A stretch of 64,000 bases of DNA from Eledone cirrhosa (lineage: Eukaryota): assembly GCA_964016885.1 (NCBI GenBank), contig OZ024742.1:271436001-271500000 (forward strand), written 5' to 3'. The notes under the pieces were generated by a model, which worked only from the letters and a program-made list of their open reading frames with translations, was not told where the DNA came from and did no database searches. The translations under genes were made by a program, and so were the position numbers. The first letter of the stretch is position 1; each line of letters starts with the position of its first letter. This document shows, in pieces, positions 15,783 to 30,762 of this stretch.

Positions 15783-17993
15783 TGAGATAACAGATTAAAG
15801 TTTAAGCAAAGAATCGCTGCTTTCACCCTTAATGGGATCTTCTGAAACTAAAAAAATCAATCTGTGAACGCAGAAGTAAATATTTCGAAAAATGTTGCAA
15901 CGGAAGGAAAACAGAAAAACGATACTTTGATTTGTGGAGACGTTCCCTGGCCATGATCGGAAAAAAACCGAAGATAATACGTCATTATGTGTACCCATGA
16001 GAACAATTACCTCGACGTTACTCTCAATTTGTCGAACGGCTTGCACTACCCGTATAGAAAGCCGAATGGTACGCTTAATTACATAAGTAAGCATTCTAAA
16101 TATCCTGCCAGCATAAGCAAGAACATGGTAAGAAACGTTTCTTTAGGCTTTCCCGTTTATCTACAAACGAGCATATGTTCACCAACCATTCCACATATTA
16201 CAATGAATCTCTTGCTCGGAGTGGATTTGTCGATAAGGTAGCATATACCGAGTATGAGCATAGACCTAGGAAAATATAGATCCCGACGAATTATATGGTA
16301 TAACCCACCATATAATATGGTGGAGGCCACACCATTAGCTAAGATCTTTCCCTCCATTATTAAGAAGCATTTTCCCCCAGCACATAAATATAATAACATT
16401 TTTAATAGATATACCATTAAAATAGCTTAATCTACGACCCCTAACTTTGCAAATAACATCACTGCTTCAAATTTAGCTAAATTACCTAGCCGTTGGAACA
16501 CGTGCAACCCTGTAGCTAGTACTAACTGTAATTTTAGGAATCGGGTTGACTGCCCCCTATCCGGGAAATGCCTCTCCAGTAACATTGTCTCCAAATGTTA
16601 GCTTGTAACCCCCACGTCCCGTAGTGCCTACAAAAGGTTAACCGCCAATAGATTCAAGCAGCGTCTTTACATGCATACCCATTCTTTTCTTAAGCCTTTA
16701 ATGAGGAATATGACGTCATTTTCAGCTTATGTCTGGAGTCAAAAGACAACCACATCCATACTGGGAGATCCTAGCTAGGGCTAGATCCTATAACGGAAAT
16801 AAAAGACCATGCGACGTCTGCGCCGCTGAAGCCCTGAAAATACTCTACGCCAACGACCACAGCTTAAACAAAAAATCTGAGGCAATTTCGGCTTGTAAAC
16901 ATAAATTGCACAAAACTTCCCTGAATTATACCCTAACGGATAGTACGAACAATACGCGGATAATTTACGTCTTGATGTGGTAGCTAAGTATATTTTATGT
17001 TTATACAATTACTTACGTGTATAGGTAAGTATATTTACCTTGTATGTTTTGTGAATGTACGTATACTTTCTCGTACGTATATTTGCTTGTATTTGTTATA
17101 GGCGTATATATTATATTATATATACTGGTACATGTGTATATGGTTATGTGTATACGTCTTTTTGCGTTTGTGTGCGTATGCGGGTTTGCACGTATGTAGG
17201 TTGTGTACAAGTGTACGTTGTATTTCGGTTGCCGTAAGTTTAGCGAACATATATGTACTTACCTGTAGGTATGTGTGTGCGCGCGTTATATACGTATGTA
17301 TGTGTGTATATTTATAAACGTTTATATAATTATATGTATACACGCACACACACACACATATATATATATATATTTCTTTTTACATATTTTTTATGTGTAT
17401 TTGGTGTATACGTTCGTATGTGTGCGGGTACACGTGTTGCTTGTGCGGGTTTTTTTATGTGTGCGCGTGTTTTTGTGTACGTGCGTGTGTTTCCGCGTAT
17501 GCATATGTATGTACGTATATTGATGCCTGCACGTATATATTTAATTATTGTTCATTTCAATAATATCTGTAATTTATTTACATTTCTTTTAACTTTGAAG
17601 CCGAGAATCATTCGGTTTCCTAAATAGAATTTTAGTCTACGACTTCAGTTATACCATAAACGTGGTTTTGTCTTTGCGTGTAATTGGCCTCATCGTTCAA
17701 AATAATGACGTATTATCTTCTTTTTTCGTTCAATGCCAGGGAACGTCTGCACGAACCAAAGTATCGTCTTCCCGTTTCCCTCGGTTGCAACGTTTTTCGA
17801 AATAGTTACTTCTGCGTTCACAGATTGACTTTTTTAGTTTCAGAAGATCCCGTTAAGGGTGAAAGCAGCGATTCTTTTCTTAAAATTTAATCTGTTATTA
17901 TAATAAATATTTGCTCTTGAGTTCTTATATATTTAACATATATTTATACTTATTGAGCGCTCTTTGGATTTTATTATTCAAATGTATTATTAT

Positions 17994-17997
<4 letters not shown>
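15775..17997 (+). mobile_element. 5'-truncated fold-back PLE (family E)
   Basis: Inverted arms ~15775-15988 / ~17702-17910 plus a ~85-bp tail on the right. Body encodes NYLDVTLNL..YPYRKPN, WYNPP, CPLSGKC, RFKQRL.MH and CDVCAAEAL. Flanked by TA. Confidence 0.85.
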
Positions 17998-18041
<44 letters not shown>

Positions 18042-18044
<3 letters not shown>

Positions 18045-18206
18045 AAAAGGTTCAAGGCTCCGACGGCAGAGCTCAAGCATATATATATATAACAAAGGAA
18101 CTGTGGTTAGGAACCAGGTGGACCATAACGCACCAGAGTATTCGATACTTTGGGTAGTAGATTGGGTAATAGCAAAATGTTCAGGACCCAGACGTATGCA
18201 TGTATG

Positions 18207-18242
<36 letters not shown>

Positions 18243-18270
18243 TACATACATGCATACGTCTGGGTCCTGA
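18042..18270. mobile_element. Family H-related terminal fragments, including a mini fold-back at 18091-18270
   Basis: aatgttcaggacccagacg-[palindromic TA-rich spacer]-cgtctgggtcctgaacatt. The tail matches 2207-2290 and the reverse complement of 62150-62230. Confidence 0.7.
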
Positions 18271-18294
18271 ACATTGAACCTGTATTTATAAAAC

Positions 18295-19828
<1,534 letters not shown>

Positions 19829-19829
<1 letters not shown>

Positions 19830-19962
19830 TGGTGGTTCTTCCACTAATGTTGCTGCTGATAGTTAGACCGGCGTTGGTTTTGGCGGTGGTGATCCCCGGA
19901 CCAGCGACGGCAGCAAGGAAGGCTTCACACTCGCTACAATTTTCAGCTGAGAGCAAAAGGCT
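19829..19962 (-). mobile_element. Tx1-like ORF1 fragment
   Basis: Its reverse complement aligns with ~45012-45150 (FCSQLKI..PPPKPTPV). Confidence 0.7.
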
Positions 19963-21255
19963 AAAAAATGCGATGTTCTTATCTCCCAGCTACAGGTAGC
20001 GCAAAAAATAATTGGGGTAATCCACACTCTATAGAGTGTGTAGCTGGGAAATAAGAGCATCGCATTTATCTCCCAGCTACAACATCGCTCCAGGTAGAGC
20101 CTCTACTTTTCCAAAGTGAGAAATCAAATCTCAGACTCTATATCTGTATGTGGTTAAAATATGTCAAGAAAGAATCGCTGGAGAGATTTTACAGTTAAAA
20201 CCAACCGTCAATACAATTCATGGAATTTAGTTAAAATTCCGTTCTTTCAATTCCGCGTCCCAATATGAGTTATTGTTGTGCGTATGCGTTAGGATGAAGG
20301 AAGGGATATGACGTACGTGGTCGGCAGCTCATCCATCATATAAATTGAGTACTTGTCATTGTTGTACATAGATGGTGACTTATAAACTGATATCTTTTGT
20401 GCAGTTTCATACTGAGGCTAGCGTAGCAGCCTATATAGGCTGATTTAGGAGCTTTGCTTTTTACTTATTTATTTATTGGTAACATTGATGAGAGATGTAT
20501 GTGCTAAGGCAAAATCACAGGGTGATGATATACTACGACTGTGTGTTGTGGTTGCAATGATGATAGACATTTTCTTCGCTACTAGAAGCTTTTGTAGAAA
20601 CTAGAATAGGAGACAATGATGATGATAATCGTGGATATATACAATCAGTTGGCGTTTTATGCTTGCCGAAATTAAGAAGACGTAAGTATGCAGAAAGTTG
20701 TGATTAGTCACAAGGAGAATCAAATCCTCAATTGTAAAGTTAAATGTAATGTACAGGCTGTTGTTTCAGCTGTGGTTATTATTAATGGGATTCGATTTGT
20801 CGTATTTGATGTTGTTGATGTTCCTCTACCTGTTATATTATCGTAGTAAAAGAAGCAGATTTAATGGCCGATTTCCCATTTTGTTCAAGATTAGGAATTA
20901 GTTTCGGGTTAGTATCGGTTTGTCTCATCGAATACTCAAAATGTTGGATTATCTAACTAATGATTTTTTTGTAAGTGTTTTGCCCGCACGGCTGACAATA
21001 TATACGGCCCCACACCCTCTCTCTTTCTTTCCCTCTTTATACATATATACATATACATATATATTTATACACACAAACACATATACGTATACACACACAC
21101 ACACATATATATATATAGAGAGAGTAACATAGAAAGAGAGGGAGAGAAACGCATCCCCCTACATTAGTGTATATATATATATATATTATTTTGAATAATA
21201 TATATATTATTCAAAATATTAATAAATGAAGACGTTCACATAATCAAAATATATG

Positions 21256-21317
21256 TTTTATTATATATATTTCGGAGGTACTGTGCTGTTTTTTCAGTAC
21301 GTCCTCATCAGATAAAA
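21256..21317 (-). ncRNA. Type I hammerhead ribozyme (canonical core; family G)
   Basis: UUUUAU-CUGAUGA-GGAcGUACUG-(11 nt)-CAGUACcUCC-GAAA-uauaua-UA/AUAAAA. The inverted copy at ~39677-39738 has GAAA changed to AAAA. Confidence 0.85.
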
Positions 21318-21708
21318 TATTTGAATTGATGTATGACATACCTCAACTGTCTTGATGTTTCAATTCCATTATTGTCAGTGATTTATTACAACAAATCTCA
21401 ATATTTATATACCACAAATAATAACATGATAAACTTAAATATGATGAAGCAGAGGATGTGGAGCGAGATATAAGTATAAGGAGGGGGTGAGTATGACAAA
21501 ATATAAGAAGAACTAAATAAACACATACGTACATAAATATTTAAATATTTAAATGCGTAAATATCCGTGTTAGGGAAGAAAAGAAAGAGAGAGAGATAGA
21601 TAGAAGAGAAGAAAGAAGAAGAGAGAAAAAGAAGAGAAGAAAGAAGAAAGTGAGAGAGAGAGATAGAAGAGAGAAGGGGAAGACGTAACTTCAAAAAGAG
21701 AAGAAGAA

Positions 21709-21748
<40 letters not shown>

Positions 21749-22483
21749 AGAAAGGGAATGATGCGTGACCGCTGTTTTCAAATATTAATTCAAATAGAAG
21801 CGACCAATTAAATACCGTGAAATGTTTAATATATTTTGTATTAGGTTATGTTTGAGCTAATTATACTAATATATTATATCAAAATTAAACAATATAAAAC
21901 TATTTTCTATAATAATCTGACGCATAGTTCAATTAATAAATATATTCAATATTTTGTTACAAAATTCAAAAATCAAAAACATTTTTACCTATAAAACAAG
22001 TTTACAAACATATTAAATATGTATAAGGATATTTACCACAACTTATTCGCATATCACTATCAGTATATGCATTTTATATAATGTTTAGAATTAGTATCTG
22101 AATTATTGTTTTTTATATTATGAACAGTTCAATTTAATAGTTGTCATAATAGTTGTTAATAAGTAGTTATATTTACTCTTGGAAGTATTATTATTTCGAT
22201 TTTAATTCTGTAACTATATCATAATATATGAAGTTTCCCTTCATGGATTAATATTAAACAGTATAAATCATGTTAAATATACATTATTAATCCCTTTGGA
22301 TAGAAAGAAAATGATATACGAAGAATGTAAACAAAGGATGGTAATACGTACAACATTTGTGATCATTTATATTAACAAGTGCTTTGAAAGCGAGAAGATA
22401 TTTCAAACCGCAATTTTTTAAGATTCTACTTATATGATGATCATTCTAAAACCTAAATTGCGATATTGAATCCCATCATGAGA

Positions 22484-22846
22484 TTGTGGATGTTGTCTGC
22501 CCATTCGACACGAGAGTGCAAGAGAAGGAGAGGAAGAAATTTAGCCGATACCAGTACTTAAAGTGGGAGGTAAAAAGGATTTGGAACTGCCATGAAGTCA
22601 AAGTCGTCCCGATTGTAATGGGCGCACTAGGTACTATCTCAAAAGGTTTCCAGGGATGGTTAAAGAAAATTGGCCCGCCACGCTTTTTGGAACGCTTCAA
22701 TAGGCATGCTTGCTGGAACAGCAAGAACCCTCCGATACGTCCTGAATATCTGAGGCTGCAGGTAGTGCTTGATATTAATTTCATAAAACTTTCCAGTTAA
22801 CTAAAATCAATGACTGAAACTCAAAGAACAATAATAATAATAATAA
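22484..22846 (+). mobile_element. R4/Dong-like LINE 3' fragment with (AAT)n tail, inserted in the PLE G left arm
   Basis: DVVCPFDTRVQEKE..LKWEVKRIW..VPIVMGALG; same family as 23557-28140; absent from the right arm. Confidence 0.85.
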
Positions 22847-23452
22847 TATTTGTAGAATTATTAATAATAGTCAATATTTTGTTCATTCTTAGTCAGTATT
22901 TTTTTCTAAATTTGTATGATGCTTGAAATGTCTTTCCAGATTTATGGAGGCAAGTTCCAAATAATTCGTTCTTTTTATTAATTAAATTATCATAATTGAT
23001 AATTATTAATAGAGTTTCTAAATTGCACAGATTGCACAAATGGAAGCGTTCCGATAGGAATCAGAAACCCAAAGTTTACTCCAAGAAATTGAGTATTTAA
23101 TATTTTTCTCTATTAAAGACCATATTAATTGTGATAATGAGGTAGAACATTTTTTTTATCTGGATTTGAGAAAGAATGTTTATGATTGGAAAAGCGAAAC
23201 TTAAAGTCCGATGAAGTGGCACCTATGTAGTTATAAGTATTATTATTATTTTTCTTAATGGTACATTTATATACTAAATTCTTATCAAGACAATTATTTT
23301 GTAAAGGGCATTCAGATTGCCTTTTACAGTTACAGTTCAATTCCATGTTATTTCTATAACCTAAACTATTCGTATTATCATTGTTATTATTTCTAGGTGT
23401 TCTACTATTATTCGTATTTAAACTCTTGTTCTTGTAATTCACATTAACTACT

Positions 23453-23556
<104 letters not shown>

Positions 23557-26500
23557 GTTGTTATTCCTTGAATCTCAGTCATTGATGTTGGTTAACTGGA
23601 AAGTCCGTTGGATTGAATATCAAGCCACTACCTGCAGCCTCAGATATTCAGGACGTATCGGAGGGTTCTTGCTGTTCCAAGCAAGTATGCCTTTTGAAGC
23701 GTTCCAAAAAGCGTGAAGGGGCCGATTTTCTTTAACCATCCCTGGAAACTTTTGGAGAGAGTCCCCAGTGCGCCTATGACAATCGGGATCACTTTGACTT
23801 CATGGCAGTTCCAAATCCTTTTCACCTCCCACTTTAGGTCCTGGTATCGGTTAATTTTCTCCCTCTCCTTCTCTTGCACTCTCGTGTCGAACGGGCAGGC
23901 CACATCCACAATCAGACACGATCTTTTTTCTTTGTCCACAACCACCAGGTCAGGTCTATTGTGTTCCAGTTTTTTGTCCGTCTGTATCCTAAAATCCCAC
24001 AGCACCTTCACCTGATCGTTCTCCATCACCGCCTCTGGCCTATGCTCATACCATTTCTCAGAATGTGGTAAATTGTTTACTTTGCACAGGTGCCAGTGGA
24101 TCACCCTGCCCATCACATCGTGTCTCCAGCCCTTATAGTGGGTCTGGGCTAGGTGTTTACACTCGGACACAATGTGAGCCACAGTCTCCTCTCTCTCTCC
24201 ACAGATCCTGCACAGTGGGCTAGCCTCCTCCTTGTAAATATGGTGCTTCAACCACTTCGTTTTGAGGGCCTGCTCTTGCGCAGCTATTAGCATTCCTTCT
24301 GTAGCCTTTTTGAGGTCTCCTCTTCTCAACCAGTTCTATGTCTGTGGATCTCTAAATTCAGTTTTCTCAAAGAAGGTACTATGAAGGGATTTTCCCTTAA
24401 GGCTGCTCTTCCTCCTTGATGTTATTTCCTCCTTGGACATCCCCTGGCCTACTGTCCCTTCCATCAGTACAGTTCTGAGCAATGGCTCCTTGCTATAGGT
24501 CACGTATTTGTATAGGTTGTTTTTCTCCATCTGAACACAGTCCTCTATGCTGATAAGACCTCTTCCACCCTCAGATCTCCTTAGGTAGAGTCTATCGACA
24601 TCACTCCTCTTGTGGAACATGTTGTAGATAGTCAATAGCTTCCTAGTCTTCCTATCCATTTCTTTTTGTTCAGCAACATTCCATCTCATAATTCCCGCAC
24701 TGTACCTAATAATAGACACAGCTCGTGAATTTACTGCGCTTATGGCATTTCTGCTGTTCAGATGTGACTTCAATACGCTCCTTACTCTCCGAATGTATTC
24801 AGTTCTTAACAATTCCTTCATTTTTTTGTTCTTTATGCCATCAGCCTCCAGAACGCCCAAATACTTGTATCCTTCCTCAGAGTCAATTTCCTTTATCATC
24901 TCACCTGTTGGTATCTGGATCCCGTTACTTCTGCTCAACCTACCCCTCCTCATCATAATGACTCCACATTTACCAATACCAAACTGCATACATATATCAC
25001 TGCTGAAAATACGGACAGTGTCAACAAGCACATCCAACTCCTTCTCACTTTTCCCGAAGAGCTTAAGATCGTCCATGAAGAGGAGGTGATTGATGGTAAG
25101 CTCTCCCCTTCCCAACTTGTATCCTGCTCTCACTTTTCGCAGCATAATGGTCAAGGACATCAGGGCAAGGACAAACAACAGAGGGGACAGGCTATCTCCC
25201 TGGAAGATACCTCTCTTGATCTTCACGCTTCCCAAGGATACTCCAGTTGATGTCAACTCTGTCTCCCAGAACCCCATACTCCTGCCTAGCAACTGTCTGA
25301 TGTTATCTGCCACCCTGAAGATCTCCAGGCTTTTGGTGATCCAAGAATGAGGCACCATGTCAAATGCCTTTCTGTAGTCTATCCATCCCATGGCAAGATC
25401 AGTGTGTCTCCTCCTGCAATTTCCCATTACCATCTTATCAATAAGTAACTGGTCCTTTGTACCACGTGACTTCTTTCGGCATCCTTTCTGTTCGTCCGGT
25501 AACAAGTTGTTTGTGTGGAGGTGATGGTAGATTTCCTCAGACACAATGCTCGTCAACAGTTTCCACATTACGGACAGACATGTGATAGGTCTATAGTTGG
25601 TAACTTCATTACCCTTGATTCGGTCTTTCATTATCAGAACTGTGGTACCTTTTGTCAACCACTCTGGCACCTCACCCGACACCAAGCAGTCATTGAACAT
25701 GGCCGTCAGCTTCGGGTGGAGGGATGTTAAATGTTTAATCCAATACCCCTGCACACCATCTGGGCCTGGTGATTTCCAGTTGGTTAGTTTTTTGGCCTGC
25801 CCCTTAAGAGTTTCAACTGTGATACTCAAATCAGTTTGTTGTTGTGCCTGCTCACCGATCTCCCTCTGTACTGTCTCAATCCACCCTGCCTGGACATTAT
25901 GTCTAACATCCTGCTCCCATATTCCTCTCCAGAATGTTTTAGTTTGCTCCGCCCCAGGGATCAAGTCGTTGCCTCTTTCTTTCCCCTCAAGCTGTCCAAA
26001 CAGCATCTTCTGGTTGTTGTCGAACATGCGGTTCTGTTTATACTGACTGACTCTGTTCTCGTATCGCCTGATTTTTGCACTCTTTGCTACAATGCGTTGC
26101 TTCAGTTCCTCTATGATAATATTTAGCTTTTTCCTCCTAGTTTTGTATTTTATTTCCAGTCTATTTTTAGTGCCTATGTTTTTTAGTGTCCCATTCAGTA
26201 GTGACTCAAGCTTTCCTATGTCATTTCTCATTTCCCCGATTTGCCCACTCAGTCGCTTCTTCCACCACGGCTCTGCTCTTTCTTGTCTGTTGTTTCCTCT
26301 CGCTTTTATACCAAGTAGTTTCCTCACCGTATTTGCTGTTGCTTTGAGGATATTGTTGCACTGGTGAAGGCGCCTCGCCTCAAGGTATGGGATGACTTTG
26401 TTTACCTTAGCTGTTGTTTCTTTTAACTTTTTCCTGTCTACAAATCTTAGGTTCATAGGTCTCCCACTATCATTGTTCAATTCATCTACCACTAAATCTA

Positions 26501-28140
26501 GGATGTCAACCGAATCTTGTCCTAGCCCGTCAGCATTCATCTCCTCAGTGGCCGTATCTCTGTTCCAGGTATTATTTATCTCAGTATTCAGATCATTGTC
26601 TGCTTCGGGTAGTTCCTCCGTTCTCAGGACCTCTTCACCTTCATTTCCCACTGGCTCGCTTGTTTGGCATACTACACCCGCCATCTCCAAGCCATTCTCT
26701 CTGCTCAGTTCCTCCAGTTCCAGCTCGCTTATCCACCCATTAGTTCTTATTACCCGAGGCTGCCCGGCCAATTTTTGTTCATCTAATTTAAATAAACCAA
26801 TCTCGTTCCAGATGTTATGCATCCGTCTCCTGTAGCCCCTCTCCTTGGGGTTACTTTTCAGGTAAAATTGCATAACAGTTCTATTCAATTATTTCGTCCA
26901 GTTGGTTCTGGCCCCTTTCCTTCTTCTCCTTCCTCCAACATCAGCAGTATTTGGTTGACAGTCAGGTTCCTGCTGCTGAGCCAGGGGGCACCTGTTGGGT
27001 GAGAGTCTGTCACATGACGTTCTAGTCTCCATTTCACCGTTATTCGAACTGTTTATGTTCGATATTTAAACACTCTTATCGAGGATTGGCGTATGTATGG
27101 TTACATAGCCATCTGTGGATCCGCCATTCCACTTGGCCCTTGTGTGGCATTATCACCACGCTTTATACAAACACACATAAACAAACAAACACACAGGCAG
27201 AAAGGGCCCCAAAAATGAATAAGCACAAGTTTCATCGTAATGTAATGTTCGAATGTCTGACTTAGTTTTTGTCTTTTAAGTTTTAGTTTTTCCCCCCTCT
27301 TCTCTGTCCGTCCGCCTGCTTCTCTCTTCATTCTTATTTTCTTTACGTTTTGGGGTTTTTTTTTTGTTTTTCTTTTTGTTTTTCTCTGTTTGTTTTTCTC
27401 GTTTTTTGCTGTTGTTGCTGTGCTGCTTTGGTTTTGTTGTTTGTTTTTTTCTTTTTTCTTTTGAGTATATCTATATATGTTGATGCCTTCCTCTTTTTTA
27501 GCAGTAGGAATTCTATAATGTGGTGGCAGCAGCCAGCTGGAAAAGTGGGAGACTGGCGGCGGTAGCGATACTGAGACAGTGGTGGTGGTGATGTCGATAC
27601 CGAGGCAGTGGTGGCGGTGATGTGACCGTATTACTGTAGTGATGGTGCTGTAGCGGTGGTAGCAGTGAAGGAGTGAAGGGGTGGTGGCGGCGGTGATGGG
27701 ATAATGGTGGTAATGATGGCCGTAGTGAGCGGTGGTGGTGAAAATGCCGTTATCTGGCTGTTGTGTTTAGTGTACACAGGTGATGGGGTGCGTGGTGTAT
27801 CTAGTTTCTTGTGTTGGTGAGTTTGGCTGTTCTATATAGTGTAGACAGAGGAGAAGAGGGGCGGGGGGGTCTTCTTCCATTTATAGCCATTTACTTTTTT
27901 GGATATACAGTGTACAATACAAAGTTGAATATTTGAATATTTGAGCCTTATAACAATATATTTTGGGTCCGAATTTTTTGGGGCTCAAGCCGGGTGCTTT
28001 ACGTAGCATTTGAACTAAGAGTTGTTATTTCACAAATGATTTAAATATGTTAAAAATTCAAAACTTACGGGAGCGATTTCATGACCTCCGCCACCTCGTG
28101 CGTCTTCTTCCCTTTATTATTATTATTATGTACTTCCCTT
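23557..28140 (-). mobile_element. Near full-length R4/Dong-like non-LTR retrotransposon (family 1, copy 1)
   Basis: Single RT + CCHC + restriction-like endonuclease ORF with a (TAA)n tail. The 5' UTR aligns with copy 3 up to ~27560; assignment of 27560-28140 to this element is uncertain. Confidence 0.85.
23640..26888 (-). pseudogene. R4-clade polyprotein (RT, CCHC zinc knuckle, PD-(D/E)xK RLE) with one in-frame stop at 24336-24338
   Basis: KSPGPDG, NYRPITCL, DYRKAFD, GIFQGDSLSP, HLLFMDD, CRIC..ETVAHIVSEC, NRPD..IVDV..K..RY. Copy 3 has TGG (Trp) at the stop position. Confidence 0.93.
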
Positions 28141-28929
28141 ATTATTATTATTGTTATTGTTATTCCTTGAATCTCAGTCATTGATGTTGGTTAACTGGAA
28201 AGTCCGTTGGATTGAATATCAAGCCACTACCTGCAGCCTCAGATATTCAGGACGTATCGGAGGGTTCTTGCTGTTCCAAGCAAGCATGCCTTTTGAAGCG
28301 TTCCAAAAAGCGTGAAGGGGCCGATTTTCTTTAACCATCCCTGGAAACCTTTGGAGATAGTCCCCAGTGCGCCTATGACAATCGGGATCACTTTGACTTC
28401 ATGGCAGTTCCAAATCCTTTTCACCTCCCACTTTAGGACCTGGTATCGGTTAATTTTCTCCCTCTCCTTATCTTGCACTCTCGTGTCGAACGGGCAGGCC
28501 ACATCCACAATCAGGCACGATCTTTTTTCTTTGTCCACAACCACCAGGTCAGGTCTATTGTGTTCCAGTTTTTTGTCCGTCTGTATCCTAAAATCCCACA
28601 GCACCTTCACCTGACTGTTCTCCATCACCGCCTCTGGCCTATGCTCATACCATTTCTCAGAATGTGGTAGATTGTTTACTTTGCACAGGTGCCAGTGTAT
28701 CACCCTGCCCATCACATCGTGTCTCCAGCCCTTATAGTGGGTCTGGGCTAGGTGTTTACACTCGGACACAATGTGAGCCACAGTCTCCTCTCTCTCTCCA
28801 CAGATCCTGCACAGTGGGCTAGCCTCCTCCTTGTAGATATGGTGCTTCAACCACTTCGTTTTGAGGGCCTGCTTCTGCGCAGCCATTAGCATTCCTTCTG
28901 TAGCCTTTTTGAGGTCTCCTCTTCTCAAC
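28140..28929 (-). mobile_element. R4/Dong-like family 1, copy 2 (3' part: CCHC + RLE)
   Basis: ORF 28239-28928 is nearly identical to 23640-24329. Bracketed by a ~140-bp direct repeat (28001-28140 / 28928-29067). Confidence 0.9.
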
Positions 28930-29065
28930 GTAGCATTTGTACTAAGAGTTGTTATTTCACAAATGATTTAAATATGTTAAAAATTCAAAACTTACGGGAG
29001 CGATTTCATGACCTCCGCCACCTCGTGCGACTTCTTCCCTTTATTATTATTATTATGTACTTCTC

Positions 29066-29123
<58 letters not shown>

Positions 29124-29124
<1 letters not shown>

Positions 29125-30762
29125 TGTTCATACGAGTTATCACCAAGTCACAACCAGTGACCTCAAGAGACAACAAGGTCCGCCATGTTCAAGAAAGAAC
29201 ATACATATTCACACATGCATCTTTAGTGTTTAGACTTGTGATGTACTTATATTGACAGAATCTTCCTTAGTATATGGGCAGTTCCCATTAGTACTATCTT
29301 TTGTATTTCTCCTATACGCGGGTTTCCTGGGATTTGCGATATGTAATCATTAGACCCCTTAGGTATCATTCCCAGAGCGCCTACAACCACTGGCATTGTT
29401 TTAGTTATCAATGTCCACATTTTTCCAATTTCTATCTCCAGCTCCTTATACTTGCTCAATTTTTCAAATGATGTTATAGATACATTCTTGTCTATTGGAA
29501 CAGACAAATCAATTAGCAGGCATACCCTCTTTTGAAAGTCCTTCAATATTATATCAGGTCTATTTGCATCTATTTTTCGGTCTGCTTGGATGCTAAAGTT
29601 CCACAAGATTGAGATGTGATCTTTTTCAAGTATGGGAGGTGGTTGATGCTCCCACCAATTCTTTTGATGGGGCAGGTCAAAATGCTTACACATTATCCAA
29701 TGTATGTTTTGTGCAGCTCTGTCATGCCTGTTTAGGTATTCGGTTGGAGCTATAGGACTGCACATTTAAATTATATGGTCAATGTTCTCTGGTTGTTTTT
29801 TGCATACACGGCATAATGGGCTGCACCCATTTTTTATTATGTTGGCTTGGTAATTTTTTGTTGGCAGACACTGATCTTGTGCTGATATAATCAGTCCTTC
29901 AATCTCCGATTTCAGTCCAGAGGATGCCAACCACAGATGGGTTAAAGTTTTGTTAACATCAGGATTGTTAGCTCGCTCTGGGTATTTTCCATACAGAGGC
30001 TTTTCTTGCCATTTCTTAGCCAGTTTCTGTAGCAGTTCTTTCTTTGCAGTTACTTTTACCTGCTTTGCTTTTTCTGTGTTTTCCATTTCAGCAGTAAATG
30101 GGACTTCTGAAATTTGTAGTCCATTACTGTATCGTTGTGCATCTTTTGTAATGGAATATGATCTTTTGATACTTTCGTGTTTCAAAACGAGTTTGATCAT
30201 CCAATCATGTGATTCCCTTAGATATGTAGATAATCCAATTGTTGCAGTTTTCAACGCAATGTCTAACTGGATTAACCCACGTCCTCCTTCTTTCCTAGGG
30301 AGATATATTCTATCTATATCTGCCTTAGGGTGATGCATTCTGTGCATGGTTAAGAATTTTCGAATTTTTGTATCGAGCCTACGGATCTCTGTGCGTGACC
30401 AGTTGATGACATTGTAACTGTAGGTTACTACTGGTATGGCAAGCGTGCTTATGGCATCGATCCTATTCCTTGCATTCAATTCCGTTCTTAAGATTGCTCT
30501 TACTCTGCGGTAACATTCCTTCCTTACCCTTTCCCTCATTATCGAGTGCTTGATTCCGTCTCCTTCACAAACACCTAGATATTTGTGAGTTTTTCTTGAT
30601 CAAGTTCTCTTATCACGTTCCCCCGATCAAGATTAATGTCTGAACTCTTCAGCAGCTTTCCCCTGGTGAACGTTGCTTTGGCGCATTTATCTAGTCCAAA
30701 CTCCATTTTAATGTCATCACTGAACTGCTCCACAGTGGATAATAGCCCTTGCAATTGTTCAC
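29124..30762 (-). mobile_element. 5'-truncated R4/Dong-like LINE, second family
   Basis: FSDDIKMEFGLDKCAK, RIYLPRKEGGRGL, CRVC..ENIDHII, YLNRHD, NRPD..LIDLSVP..EKLSKY; (TAA)n tail. Confidence 0.88.

Noticed and set aside
17838-17880. HHR in family E (cagaaga-tccc..gggt-gaaag); similar remnants at ~2098-2140 and ~10065-10100
   Set aside because: Core, stem I and stem III are too degenerate to call; at most eroded relics.
24336-24338. In-frame TAG separating RT and RLE as programmed read-through; copy 2 begins almost at the same point
   Set aside because: Copy 3 has TGG here, so a point mutation is simplest; the nearby breakpoint is treated as coincidence.
28067-28112. HDV-like ribozyme (cgc-cacctcgt-gcg) near the putative Dong 5' end
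   Set aside because: It is on the opposite strand to the element, P1 pairs poorly, and there is no GG for P1.1.
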